Shown piece by piece: positions 27,258 through 40,758 of a stretch of 64,000 bases of DNA (the first letter of the stretch is position 1; each line of letters opens with the position of its first letter). The notes below the pieces were generated by a model that made no database searches, was not told where the DNA came from, and saw nothing but the letters and a program-made list of their open reading frames with translations. The DNA is from Planctomycetota bacterium (GTDB taxonomy: Bacteria > Planctomycetota > MHYJ01 > JACPRB01). A program made the position numbers and the translations under genes. The DNA is taken from contig JACPRC010000202.1 of assembly GCA_016190175.1 (NCBI GenBank), positions 11,750 to 75,749 on the forward strand, read 5' to 3'.

Positions 27258-29390
27258 CTATCCACCCGAACGGATCTGATCCAGCATCCTCCGCGCCTCC
27301 TCGCCCGTCTCCGTCGAGCCGTACGAAGCGACGATCCCGGCGAGGATCGCCTCCGCCAGCGCCTTCCGGCCCGCCTCCAGGCACTGCCGCGCCCGGTCCA
27401 GCAGTTTGCGCGGCCGGTCCGACCCACCGGGCACGGCCGTCACGTCCGCAATACGCTTGCGGAGCGTGCGGGCCTTCGAAAGGTACGGCTCCCCGGACCA
27501 GAGCCGCTCGTACCGGTCCACCTCGACACCCGCGGCCTCCAGTTCCGCCTGGAGGGCGACCAGTTCGGCGGCCAGGCCCCTCGACTCGGCGATGCGCCAG
27601 TCCTCCGACTCCCGCTGCTCCAGTTCCGAGATGAGGGCCGCGATCTCGCGCGCGGCCGACTCGTCGAGCGTCGAGTCGCCCTGCGCGGCCCGCAGAACCT
27701 GCAGCGCCCGGAACGGCTGGTCTTTCGTCAGATCCCGCGCCTCGGCCCTGGGGTCCTTCCTCGACGCGCGATCCGCCAGGCCGCGGAGGCGGAAGGCCGC
27801 CAGCACTTTCCCCTCGGTATCGGTGACGGCGAACGGCTGCACGAGACGGTTCCCTTCCCGCACCGCCGGCCGCAGGCGCCGGTCGACGTAGACGATCCGA
27901 TAGTCTTCGCCCGCCGTGAACTCCAATTGCGCAACCGGTTCCTCCGGCAAGCGCAGACGGTCCGCCCGCGGGACGACCGCCCAGAGATCGACCCGACCCA
28001 CTTGCGCCAGGTCGGACGCCTTGAATTCGTAGGCGATCCCGAGATCGTCCTTCGCGCTCCAGAAGATCGACATCTCGTACGGGACCGCGGCGCCGCTCAC
28101 CGGATGGGCCGCGGCACCCTGGACGACGATGCGTCCCTCCTCCCTCCGGACGGACGCGGGCGACAGGAGCTGGGAGGTCGCGCCCTCGAGATCGTTCTCG
28201 AGACGGAAGTGGAGGTCGGACATGACCGCGTGAGCCCCCCGGAGGATCGTGACCGCGCCGCCCCGGGCGACGAGGATGCGGAACGGCCCCGCCTCCATCT
28301 CCTCGCGCGCCTTCCCCGCGGGCTTCCCGACGATGCGCACGTCGTCGAAGTAGATGAGACCCGCGCGTCCCGCCGTCGCGAGCGCGAGTCTCAGTTCCCT
28401 CACGCCGGGCGGCACGTCGAACGTGTCGCGGATCGCGATCCAGTCGGCCCCCTTGGAGACCGGCGCGGAGAACTCCTCGAAGAGGACCGCCCCGTCGCGG
28501 AGCCACGCGACCTTCACCGCGGCGGAGCCGGCGAAGTCGCCCCACTTGGCCCATGCCGACACTTCGAAGGACTTGTGCGACCCGACGGCGATCCTCTCGG
28601 AGTACTCTACTTCCGACTGCGTCTCCGCGGGCGCGGGCCCCTTCCGCAGTTCCAGGGCCCTCTTCCCCGTGCGCGCCGCCGCCTCCGTGACGGACACGGA
28701 AGAGGAGCCCGGAGGATGAAGGGCCCAGTTCGTCGGCTTTCCGGGCGCGGCCCACTCGAAGCCTCCTTCGTCGCGCAGGAGGTTCTCTTTGTCTTCTCCG
28801 CCCCTGGTGCCGCGGCCGGGCAGAACGAGCGCGAGGACGGTCAGGCCGACGAGAGCGACGGCGACGGAGACGGCGATCAGCAGGCGCCGCAGGTTCAGGC
28901 CCGACGAGGTCCAGGCCCCGATGTCCTTCACGAGAGCGGCCGCCGTCCTGCGTGCCTCCGTCTTTTTCGGGGCGGGGGGGACCGCCGGTTGCGCGGAGCC
29001 CGACGCGGGTTTCGACCCCGAGGCTGGGGCTTCCGCCGGAGGGGCCGTCATTCGCTCCGTCTTGACTTTCGTGTCGCCGGCCGACTTCCTCGCGGCGCCG
29101 CTGTCCCGCTTCACCTCGAACCAGATGTAGGTCTGGCCGATGTGGATGCGGTCGCCCGGTTCGAGCCTGCGCTCCCAGACGCGCCCGCCGTTGAGGAGCG
29201 TACCGTTCATGCTGCCCCTGTCCACGAGCGTCACGACGCCGTTCGCCAGCACGACCTCGCAATGCTCGCGGGAGATGTTGGCGTCGCCGACGGGGACCTG
29301 GCACTTGGAGGAACGGCCGATGACGTTGGGACCTTCGCGGAGCTCGACAGTCCACTCCCGGTCCAGGTGCTGGATGATCAGCTTCGGCAT
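27258..29390 (-). CDS. FHA-domain membrane protein with a carbohydrate-binding-like domain
   Basis: IGR...SREHC...D.GSMNGTLLNG FHA motifs; TM; NLL...GFE CBM4_9-like start. Confidence 0.8.
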   Translation of the reverse strand: MPKLIIQHLDREWTVELREGPNVIGRSSKCQVPVGDANISREHCEVVLANGVVTLVDRGSMNGTLLNGGRVWERRLEPGDRIHIGQTYIWFEVKRDSGAARKSAGDTKVKTERMTAPPAEAPASGSKPASGSAQPAVPPAPKKTEARRTAAALVKDIGAWTSSGLNLRRLLIAVSVAVALVGLTVLALVLPGRGTRGGEDKENLLRDEGGFEWAAPGKPTNWALHPPGSSSVSVTEAAARTGKRALELRKGPAPAETQSEVEYSERIAVGSHKSFEVSAWAKWGDFAGSAAVKVAWLRDGAVLFEEFSAPVSKGADWIAIRDTFDVPPGVRELRLALATAGRAGLIYFDDVRIVGKPAGKAREEMEAGPFRILVARGGAVTILRGAHAVMSDLHFRLENDLEGATSQLLSPASVRREEGRIVVQGAAAHPVSGAAVPYEMSIFWSAKDDLGIAYEFKASDLAQVGRVDLWAVVPRADRLRLPEEPVAQLEFTAGEDYRIVYVDRRLRPAVREGNRLVQPFAVTDTEGKVLAAFRLRGLADRASRKDPRAEARDLTKDQPFRALQVLRAAQGDSTLDESAAREIAALISELEQRESEDWRIAESRGLAAELVALQAELEAAGVEVDRYERLWSGEPYLSKARTLRKRIADVTAVPGGSDRPRKLLDRARQCLEAGRKALAEAILAGIVASYGSTETGEEARRMLDQIRSGG

Positions 29391-29489
29391 GAAAGGGCCG
29401 GAATCCCCTTGTGGTCCGCCGTCCGCTCCAACGGTCTCTGTACCTTATTCGCGCAAGGGCGGGGGGTCAAGGAAAAGCCTCGCGGCCGC

Positions 29490-29565
29490 CAATCAGCCTC
29501 TAGCCTTTGGCCATTAGCCGGAGGCCACTCGCGTCCAGCTAACGGCTGACAGCTAAGGGCTAATC
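29490..29565. repeat. Degenerate inverted heptamer arrays (TAGCC/GGCTA type)
   Basis: tcagcctctagcctttggccattagcc...agctaacggctgacagctaagggctaa. Confidence 0.6.
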
Positions 29566-29605
29566 CTTCCGGCTCGGAGCCTCCGCGGCCAGGCGACGAA
29601 ACCGC

Positions 29606-29633
29606 TTGACATAATCCATACGTCTACTAGAAT
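29606..29633 (+). promoter_or_regulatory. Near-consensus sigma70 promoter
   Basis: TTGACA-N16-TAGAAT immediately upstream of the predicted ncRNA. Confidence 0.8.
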
Positions 29634-29637
29634 CCGG

Positions 29638-29807
29638 TCAGACGTACCCGGTCCCCTTCCGCATGAGGTCCCTGTACGGCGGAAGGTTTAAGATAGATTG
29701 CGGTGGCGCGAACCCGGCCAGCGGTTGAGCAGACAGATCCGACCCCACTGGGGATGTGGAGATGGTGGGAGATACACGGACGTTCCGCGTTTCCCGTGGG
29801 GGTTTGA
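29638..29807 (+). ncRNA. ssrS: Probable 6S RNA
   Basis: About 170 nt; 5' tcagac pairs with 3' gtttga; internal gtccctgta/tacacggac stem; strong promoter; upstream of rny-ymdB, a common ssrS neighbourhood. Not confirmed with a covariance model. Confidence 0.65.
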
Positions 29808-29927
29808 TTTCGGGCGATCACGGCGGACGTTTCGGGGACTGAACCGCTCCGCCTCCTCGCCGTCCCGGACCGGGTGCACTTCCCGCGATCGTGGACCGGC
29901 ACTCTTCCAGCATGGGGGTGCTGAGCC

Positions 29928-31466
<1,539 letters not shown>

Positions 31467-31562
31467 GTCCCGCCAGACTCTGCACGGCGAAGTCCGCGCG
31501 GTGCCCCATGGCCGCCCGGTCTGTCTCGGAGCGTTTCCGGCGGACCGGAGGAGTCTGACGGG
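31467..31562. mobile_element. About 100-bp terminal-inverted-repeat element (MITE-like), copy 1
   Basis: tcccgccagactc...gagtctgacggga (12/13 inverted match), between duplicated ATGA. Confidence 0.6.
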
Positions 31563-32363
31563 ATGAAGCTGCAGATCCTGGCCATCGGCGACGTCGTCGG
31601 AAAACCCGGGCGGGAGCTCGTGAAGCGCCGGCTCCCCGAGTTCTGCCGCCGCGAACACATCGACTTCGTCGTGGCGAACGGCGAGAATCTCTCGGACGGC
31701 GCGGGGATCATGCCCGCGGAGGCCGACGATCTCTTCGCCGCGGGCGCGCACGTCGTGACCGGCGGCGACCACGTCTGGAACCGCAAGGAGATCATCCCGT
31801 ACATCGCCCAGAAACCGACGCTCCTGCGTCCCGCGAACTACCCCGAGGAGCAGCCGGGCCGGGGCGCGACCGTCGTGGAGCTGCCGATCGGCATCAAGGT
31901 CGCGGTCGTCCATCTGCTGGGCCGCGTCTTCATGAACACGCCGGCCGCCTGCCCCTTCCGGACGGCGAAGCAGCTCGTCGACAAGCTCCGCGACGAGGCG
32001 CGGGTCATCGTCGTGGACATGCACTGCGAGGCGACGAGCGAGAAGATCGCGATGGGCTGGTGGCTCGACGGACAGGTCAGCTTCGTCTTCGGCACGCACA
32101 CCCACATCCAGACGGCCGACGAGCGCGTGCTCCCGAAGGGGACCGCCTACATCACGGACTGCGGGATGACGGGCCCGTACGAAAGCGTCATCGGCAGGCG
32201 CACCGACCGCGTGCTGCACCGGTTCACGACGGGCATGCCCGCACGCTTCGAGGTGGCCACCGGCGACGTGCGCCTCTGCGGCGCGATCGCCACCGTGGAT
32301 TCGGCGACGGGACTGGCCGAGTCGGTCCGGCGGGTCGTGCTCCGCGCCGACGACGCCCCGTGA
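31563..32363 (+). CDS. ymdB: YmdB-family (TIGR00282-like) metallophosphoesterase
   Basis: GDVVGKPGR, NGEN, RPANYP, HCEATSEK, GTHTH, TDCGMTGP; follows rny. Confidence 0.95.
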   Translation: MKLQILAIGDVVGKPGRELVKRRLPEFCRREHIDFVVANGENLSDGAGIMPAEADDLFAAGAHVVTGGDHVWNRKEIIPYIAQKPTLLRPANYPEEQPGRGATVVELPIGIKVAVVHLLGRVFMNTPAACPFRTAKQLVDKLRDEARVIVVDMHCEATSEKIAMGWWLDGQVSFVFGTHTHIQTADERVLPKGTAYITDCGMTGPYESVIGRRTDRVLHRFTTGMPARFEVATGDVRLCGAIATVDSATGLAESVRRVVLRADDAP

Positions 32364-32432
32364 TCGAATCCGGATCGCCCGAAACTCATCACGGGGTATA
32401 CTCCTGAGGAACTTCTACCGGGGGACCCGACC

Positions 32433-33185
32433 ATGAAGACCGCATTCCTGCTGGCCACCCTGATCCTGCCGGCACAGGACTCCGATCTGGAGAGGGTCCG
32501 CAAGAAGATCTCGGAGCAGGTGGAGAGGAGCCTGGATTCGTTGCGCAGCTTCTCCAGGGACGCCCAGCGCTGGTGGAAGGACGCCGTCGATTCGATCCTC
32601 CAGAAGTTCGGCGGAAAGAAGAAACCGTACGGGGACGGCGGCTGAAAGCCCCCGGCGGACAAACCCCGGCGCGTGGCGCCGGACGAGAAACCCGTGGAGC
32701 CGCCGAAGAGGATCGAGGACTTCCGCTACGACGCGTGGGATTCGTGGAACTCGTTCGCTCCGGGAGCCTCCGTCGAGTTCGAGATGGAGGCCGGCGGTTC
32801 GAAGATGCGGCAGGTGAAGACGCTCGACTCGAAGAGGCCGGACGCGATCACGGTCAAGTCCGTGATGATCCTCAAGATCGGCGACGACGAGAACAGGACC
32901 GAATCGGACGAGACGTTCCTGAAGTCGCGGGGCGGCCCGGCGCAGTGTCCGTCCTGCAAGAAGCCCGTGTCCTCGCACGATCCGGGGACGTTCAGCCGCG
33001 AGCGCCTCAAGATCGGCGACCGCGACCTGGACTGCGTCGTGTGGAAATCGCCCGCGCGCGATTGCTCCGGAAAAGCGACGACGCCGGTGCGGATGTGGTA
33101 CTGCAAGGACGTCCCCGGCGGGAACGTGAAGACGGAGAGCGAGCACTGGAAGATGACCGCGACGCGCTTCGATCCGAAGAAATAA
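32433..33185 (+). other. Secreted hypothetical protein split by one in-frame TGA (32643-32645): recoded gene, pseudogene, or two genes
   Basis: ORFs 32433..32645 (signal peptide) and 32673..33185 are in the same frame, separated only by TGA and 9 sense codons. Confidence 0.55.
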
Positions 33186-33288
33186 GTTCGCCGAACCGCT
33201 CCTTGGTTATTTCCCCCACCCCGGTTGCCTTTCCCGTTTTTCGGTGTATAATTCATACAATAATAGAGGAAGGGACCGGCTGGGGAGC

Positions 33289-35850
<2,562 letters not shown>

Positions 35851-35946
35851 ACCCCGTTATACTTCCATGGGTTCTCGCCGATAGCGTCCGGAAGACGGCC
35901 GCGAGGAAGGGACAAATGCGCAGGCATCCCATAGGAGTCTGACGGG
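35851..35946. mobile_element. About 100-bp terminal-inverted-repeat element (MITE-like), copy 2
   Basis: accccgttatacttccatggg...cccataggagtctgacggggt (17/21 inverted match); shares GGAGTCTGACGGG with copy 1. Confidence 0.6.
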
Positions 35947-37305
35947 GTGAAACGGAACTCGGGACGACGTCTGGCGCTCGGGGCCGTGTGCCTCGGCCTC
36001 CTGGGGCTGGGGAGCTGCCTCGTCGTGCGCGCGATCCTGGCGCGGAAGATCCCGCCGCCCGCGACCGACGTCACCGGCACCGGCAAGCTGCCCCTCGTCG
36101 TCCTCTCCGTCCGCGGGCGCGTCGAGGTGCTCGACCCGGGCACGCAGCAGTGGACGCGCATCCGGCCGGGGATGGTGCTCGAGGAGGGCATGATCGTCAA
36201 CGTCGGGCAGGACGGGGGCGTCACGGTCTTCTCCTCGGGCGCTTTCAGCCTCTCCGCGAGCGAGAAGTCCGTCTTCGCGATCGACCGGCTGCGCCGGCGC
36301 GGGGAACATCTCGACGTCGCGCTCGGCCTGCGGAGCGGCCGACTCGCCGCGCGGACCTCGTCCGACGTGTCCCTCGCCGTCTCGACCGACTTCGGCACCT
36401 ACACCGTCGACGGGAGCGCCGCGATCGGCACGGGCGTCCATTCCGACGACGTCGTAGTGGGGAGCGGCTCCGTGCTCGCCGATTCCGGGGACGGTTCCAC
36501 GCGCCGGCTCGGCTCCGGCAGCCGGGTGCGGCTCGGTATGGGCCGCGACGGCGACATGCAGGAGACCGCGCTCTCCGGTTCCACGGAGGGAGGACAGGCG
36601 CTGGCGGTCCATCTCAACACCGTGGGCGACACGACCGGCGAGGCGGCGGGGCGGCCGATCGACTTCGAGGCGGAGCGCCGCAGGATCGAGGACCTCATCT
36701 ACTGGGGCCTGGAGAAGCTGCGGGGCCGGCAGTTCGACCAGCTCATCGGCCATCTCGCGGGCAACTTCACGCTCCAGGGGATGCCGACGACGCCGGGCGC
36801 CTTCGGCACCGTCGTCACGAACTTCGACACGGTCCACCAGGTCCTGACCACGACGCCCGTAGGCGAGCCGAGCGTCACCATCGCGGGCGGCACCACGACA
36901 TCGACGACGACGGCGAGCACCACGACGACGACCACGACGACCTCGCCCCCGCCGGACACGAGCACTGCCGGGGGCACGACCTCGTCGTCCTCGGGCGGTA
37001 CGGGAGGGGATTCCGGTAGCGGCGGAACGACGACGCCTTCGGGGGACACAGGCGGCGGGACGGGCACCCCGACAAGCGGGACGGCGGCGACATCGCAGGA
37101 CCTCACGGCGACGGCGACGGTGACGGCGGGAGTCCTGGCCACGGAGCAGGAACCGCCGCCCCCGACCCCGGAACCTCAGCCGGAGCCGCAGCCCGAGCCG
37201 CCTCCGACGTGCGTCCTAAGCGGAACGGTGCAGTATGTCTTCACCCTGCAGTACGTGAACGGCACGTGGCAGATCGTGTCGCTGGAGGTGATTGCGAACC
37301 CATGA
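35947..37305 (+). CDS. Membrane-anchored FecR-like domain protein with Thr/Ser/Gly-rich and PEPQ linkers
   Basis: N-terminal TM; VRGRVEV...W..IRPGMVL...G FecR-like start; low-complexity T/S tract. Confidence 0.6.
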   Translation: MKRNSGRRLALGAVCLGLLGLGSCLVVRAILARKIPPPATDVTGTGKLPLVVLSVRGRVEVLDPGTQQWTRIRPGMVLEEGMIVNVGQDGGVTVFSSGAFSLSASEKSVFAIDRLRRRGEHLDVALGLRSGRLAARTSSDVSLAVSTDFGTYTVDGSAAIGTGVHSDDVVVGSGSVLADSGDGSTRRLGSGSRVRLGMGRDGDMQETALSGSTEGGQALAVHLNTVGDTTGEAAGRPIDFEAERRRIEDLIYWGLEKLRGRQFDQLIGHLAGNFTLQGMPTTPGAFGTVVTNFDTVHQVLTTTPVGEPSVTIAGGTTTSTTTASTTTTTTTTSPPPDTSTAGGTTSSSSGGTGGDSGSGGTTTPSGDTGGGTGTPTSGTAATSQDLTATATVTAGVLATEQEPPPPTPEPQPEPQPEPPPTCVLSGTVQYVFTLQYVNGTWQIVSLEVIANP

Positions 37306-38729
37306 CCACCGGAAAGAACAAAGAACAGAGAACAAAGAAGAGAGAGGGCGGGGGAAGGATCCCCCGCACCCCCTCTGCCGCCCGGGCCTTGCGAAGAGGA
37401 GGGGGCTCGGGGGAGACTTCCCGCGGCCCTTTGTTCTTCGTTCTCTGTTCTGTGTTCTTTCCGCTCTCGGCATGCGAAACCGCGGCGCCTCCCCCCCGGC
37501 GCCGCGACGCGGAACCTCCCGATCGTCCGCCCGTACGCGAAACGCGCCGCCCGCCCGCGCCCACGCAGGAGAAGACGTTCGAGGACGTCGAGCGCGAGCT
37601 CGGCCTCGCTTCGGGCACCCTCAAGGCGGACCTCGAGGCCGAGTACCAGGCGGAGACGGGCGACCTCCTGGCCGTCACCTGCCTCAGCCACAAGAGCCTC
37701 ACGCAGGAGGCCGCCGTCTCGCCGGACGGGAAGCTCGTCCTGACGGGGATCGGGAGCGTCGTCGTGCGCGGGCTGACGCTGGCGCAGGCGGAGACGGCGA
37801 TCACGGAGGCGGCCGCCGCCGCGGGCGTGCGCAAGCCGCGCTTCGCGGTCTCCGTGAAGACCCTCGGAAAGAAGTACGTCACGCTCGTCGGGCCGCAGAT
37901 GACCGGAGGCCGGCTGGAGATCCACGGCCGCGGCACGATTCTCGAGACGCTCGCCGGCGCGGGCTGGAAGCCGGACCGCCGCTCCGTCCGCCGCCTCGCC
38001 CTCGTGCGCCGCGAACGCACGAGCGTGCTCGACCTCGAGCAGATCGCCGGCACCGCCCGCGTCTCGCTCAACCTCAAGCTCCGCGCCAACGACATCCTCA
38101 TCGTCGTGGAAAAGGACCCCGTGGACGTCAAGGGGAGCGTCCAGTTCCCCGGCACCTACGCCGTGCCGCCCACCGGCGTGCTCGAGGTCCGCGACGCGAT
38201 CGCGCTCGCCGGCGGGCTGAAGTACCCGGTGGACGTGCGGACCGTGCGCGTCCTCCACGCGGACGGCCGCTCGGCCACCTTCGACCTCAACGACTACCTG
38301 TTCCGCCCGGGCGCCGCGCCGTCCTGCGTCCTCCGTCCGGGAGACACCGTCTTTTTCCCGCAGCAGCGCGAGTTCAGCGTCTTCGTGCTCGGGATGGTGA
38401 AGAAGCCCGGTCAGGTCAAGGTGCCGGGCCCGATCACCGTGAGCCGCGCTCTCGCCATGGCGGACCACGAGCGCTTCGGCGCGGTGCTCTCGCACTGCAG
38501 CCTGGTCCGCGGCTATCCCGATAAACCCGAGGTGATCGGGATCGACTTCAACGCCCTCTTCCGGGGCGACACGCGGTTCGACCTCGTGATGAACGACGGC
38601 GACGTGCTCTACGTGCCGGAGAGCGCGCTTTCGAACGTGCTGGACCTGGTGGAGCGGATCCTCCGGCCGTTCGCCGGAGCGACCCCGACGGCGGTGCAGA
38701 TCTACACGGCGACGCAGATTGGAAAGTGA
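37302..38729 (+). CDS. Polysaccharide export lipoprotein with SLBB repeats (Wza-like)
   Basis: Lipobox LSAC; VSPDGKL...GLTL; repeated V.G.V..PG SLBB and GD.lyVP motifs. Confidence 0.85.
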   Translation: MTTGKNKEQRTKKREGGGRIPRTPSAARALRRGGGSGETSRGPLFFVLCSVFFPLSACETAAPPPRRRDAEPPDRPPVRETRRPPAPTQEKTFEDVERELGLASGTLKADLEAEYQAETGDLLAVTCLSHKSLTQEAAVSPDGKLVLTGIGSVVVRGLTLAQAETAITEAAAAAGVRKPRFAVSVKTLGKKYVTLVGPQMTGGRLEIHGRGTILETLAGAGWKPDRRSVRRLALVRRERTSVLDLEQIAGTARVSLNLKLRANDILIVVEKDPVDVKGSVQFPGTYAVPPTGVLEVRDAIALAGGLKYPVDVRTVRVLHADGRSATFDLNDYLFRPGAAPSCVLRPGDTVFFPQQREFSVFVLGMVKKPGQVKVPGPITVSRALAMADHERFGAVLSHCSLVRGYPDKPEVIGIDFNALFRGDTRFDLVMNDGDVLYVPESALSNVLDLVERILRPFAGATPTAVQIYTATQIGK

Positions 38730-38812
38730 TTGGTGGTTTGTGGTTGGTGGTTTGTGAAGAGACAGTATCCTCTTTCTTCACTGACCACTAACCACCAACT
38801 ACGAACCACCAG
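38730..38812. repeat. Inverted heptamer arrays (TGGTGGT type), third copy
   Basis: tggtggtttgtggttggtggtttgtgaagag...cttcactgaccactaaccaccaactacgaaccacca. Confidence 0.8.
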
Positions 38813-38823
38813 GTTGAGTTGAC

Positions 38824-40758
38824 GTGCACGGTTTCGGCCTGGTCCTGTCGGTCCTGAAGCGGCGCGCGAAGGCGGGCGCGGCGGCCTTCGTCGTCACGAC
38901 CGCCGCGGGCCTCAGCCTGCTCTGGGTGCTGCCGAAGCAGTATCACGCGACGTTCGAGATCGAGGTGCTCCAGTCCGAGCCGGGCGCAAACGAGATCGAG
39001 CGGGTCAAGAACATGCTCGGCGTCGCCAAGGGCGCCGGCGAGGTCGACGAGTTCTCGACCCTCGTCCGGAGCCACGCCGTCGTGGACTCGGCGCTCGAGA
39101 TGTCGGGGGTCGTCGACCGGGACACGCCGCCCGGGCTGCGGGACTACTACGTGTACAAGCTGCGCAACGACATCACGGTCCAGCGCGAGGGGAGCTCGAA
39201 CGTCGTCCGCATCTTCGTCCCCGCCTCGGATGCCGCGCTGGCCCACGCGCTCGCCCGGGGCCTCATGCACTCGCTCGAAAGCCACGAGAAGGAGTCTCGC
39301 ATCCACCGGCTCCGCGAAAGCCGGGACAACCTCGAGAAACTGCTGCGGGGCGTCGAAAACCGGATCCGCGAGATGCGGCTCATGCGCGACGCGTACGCGA
39401 AGGTCGCCGAGCAGGAGCGGAAGATCGCCGAGACCCAGGCGAAGATCCGGACGATCCGCGACGAGACCCAGCGCGAGATCCTCGTCCTCAAGCGCCAGCG
39501 GGAATCGCTCCTGGAACAGTACACGGCGGACTGGCACGAAGTCCGGGACATCGACGAGAAGCTCGCCTTCCTCACGAGCTTCGACGACCCGAAGGCGAAG
39601 GCGCCGGTCTCGAGCCCGGTCGTCGTGCCCTACCGGGACAAGCGGGACACGTATCTCGTCCTCCTCGACGAGGAGGCGAAGTTCCTGGAGGACTTCGACG
39701 AGATGATCCTCTCCGTGTGGAAGCGATACGCGGTCCACGACTCCGTCGCGGCGGTGGATGAGGAGCTGAAGCGGCTCCTGGAGAACGCGGAGGCGGTTCG
39801 GCGCGACATCACGCGGTACGCGACGGCGATGGAAAGCAGCCCGGCGCGCCACCGGGTGACGAAGCAGCCCGTCCGGCCGGAGTATCCCTCTTCCCCGGAC
39901 AAGCAGAAGGTCATCCTGCTGTCCATCCTCGCGGCGCTGGCGATCGCAGGGCTCGTCGTCTATTCGCTCGAGGGCTTCGACGCGTCGCTCCGGACGCCCG
40001 AGGCCGTGCAGCACTTCGCCAAGGTCGAGTCGCTCGGGACGATCCCGCATATGAACGGGTCCATCCGCAAGCGCGCGGACCATCCGATCGCGTTCGGGAC
40101 CGAGGGCGAGCTCTCGCCGTACATCGAGTCGTTCCGCGCCCTGAAGACGAACGTCCTCTACGCGATCCCGCAGGTCGTGAGCCCCGTCGTGCTCGTCACC
40201 TCCACGGACCGCGAGGAGGGGAAGTCGACGGTGGCGTCCAACCTCGCGCTCGCGTTCGCGGAGGACCGCCGGGTGCTCGTGATCGCGGCGAACCTGCGGC
40301 GGCCGACGATGCACGCGATCCTCGACGCCCCGGACGACGCCGGGCTCGTGCAGGTGCTCGAGGGAGACCTCCCGTGGACGCAGGCGGTGAGGCCGACGAA
40401 ATACCGGAACCTCTCGGTCATCACGCACGGCCGGATCGCGCCGAACTCGTCGGTGCTCCTCGGGCGCCCCGCGTTCGCGAAGATGCTCGCGGAGGCGCGC
40501 GAGCAGTACGACCTGGTCCTCATCGACTCGCCGCCGATGCTCCTCATCGTGGACGCGGCGATCGTCGCGCCGAAGGCGGACGCGACGGTGCTGGTCTATT
40601 CGCTGGGCGAGACGGAGAAGGAGTCGCTGGCGCGCGCGCTGGCGATCCTCAAGCGCGTGAAGGCGAGCTACGTGGGGATCGCGTCGAACCAGAAGCATCA
40701 GGAGGTGATGGAGCGGCGGCGGAAGCGCTACTACCAGCAGGAGGAGGAGAAGAAGTGA
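38824..40758 (+). CDS. Polysaccharide co-polymerase / tyrosine autokinase (Wzc-like)
   Basis: Two TMs flanking a coiled coil; ESFRALKTN, Walker A TSTDREEGKST, NLRRP, LIDSPP. Confidence 0.9.
   Translation: MHGFGLVLSVLKRRAKAGAAAFVVTTAAGLSLLWVLPKQYHATFEIEVLQSEPGANEIERVKNMLGVAKGAGEVDEFSTLVRSHAVVDSALEMSGVVDRDTPPGLRDYYVYKLRNDITVQREGSSNVVRIFVPASDAALAHALARGLMHSLESHEKESRIHRLRESRDNLEKLLRGVENRIREMRLMRDAYAKVAEQERKIAETQAKIRTIRDETQREILVLKRQRESLLEQYTADWHEVRDIDEKLAFLTSFDDPKAKAPVSSPVVVPYRDKRDTYLVLLDEEAKFLEDFDEMILSVWKRYAVHDSVAAVDEELKRLLENAEAVRRDITRYATAMESSPARHRVTKQPVRPEYPSSPDKQKVILLSILAALAIAGLVVYSLEGFDASLRTPEAVQHFAKVESLGTIPHMNGSIRKRADHPIAFGTEGELSPYIESFRALKTNVLYAIPQVVSPVVLVTSTDREEGKSTVASNLALAFAEDRRVLVIAANLRRPTMHAILDAPDDAGLVQVLEGDLPWTQAVRPTKYRNLSVITHGRIAPNSSVLLGRPAFAKMLAEAREQYDLVLIDSPPMLLIVDAAIVAPKADATVLVYSLGETEKESLARALAILKRVKASYVGIASNQKHQEVMERRRKRYYQQEEEKK

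Noticed and set aside
36890..37210. ACG/ACC-rich and CCGGAG repeats as DNA elements
   Set aside because: They simply encode Thr-rich and PEPQ linkers of the FecR-like protein.
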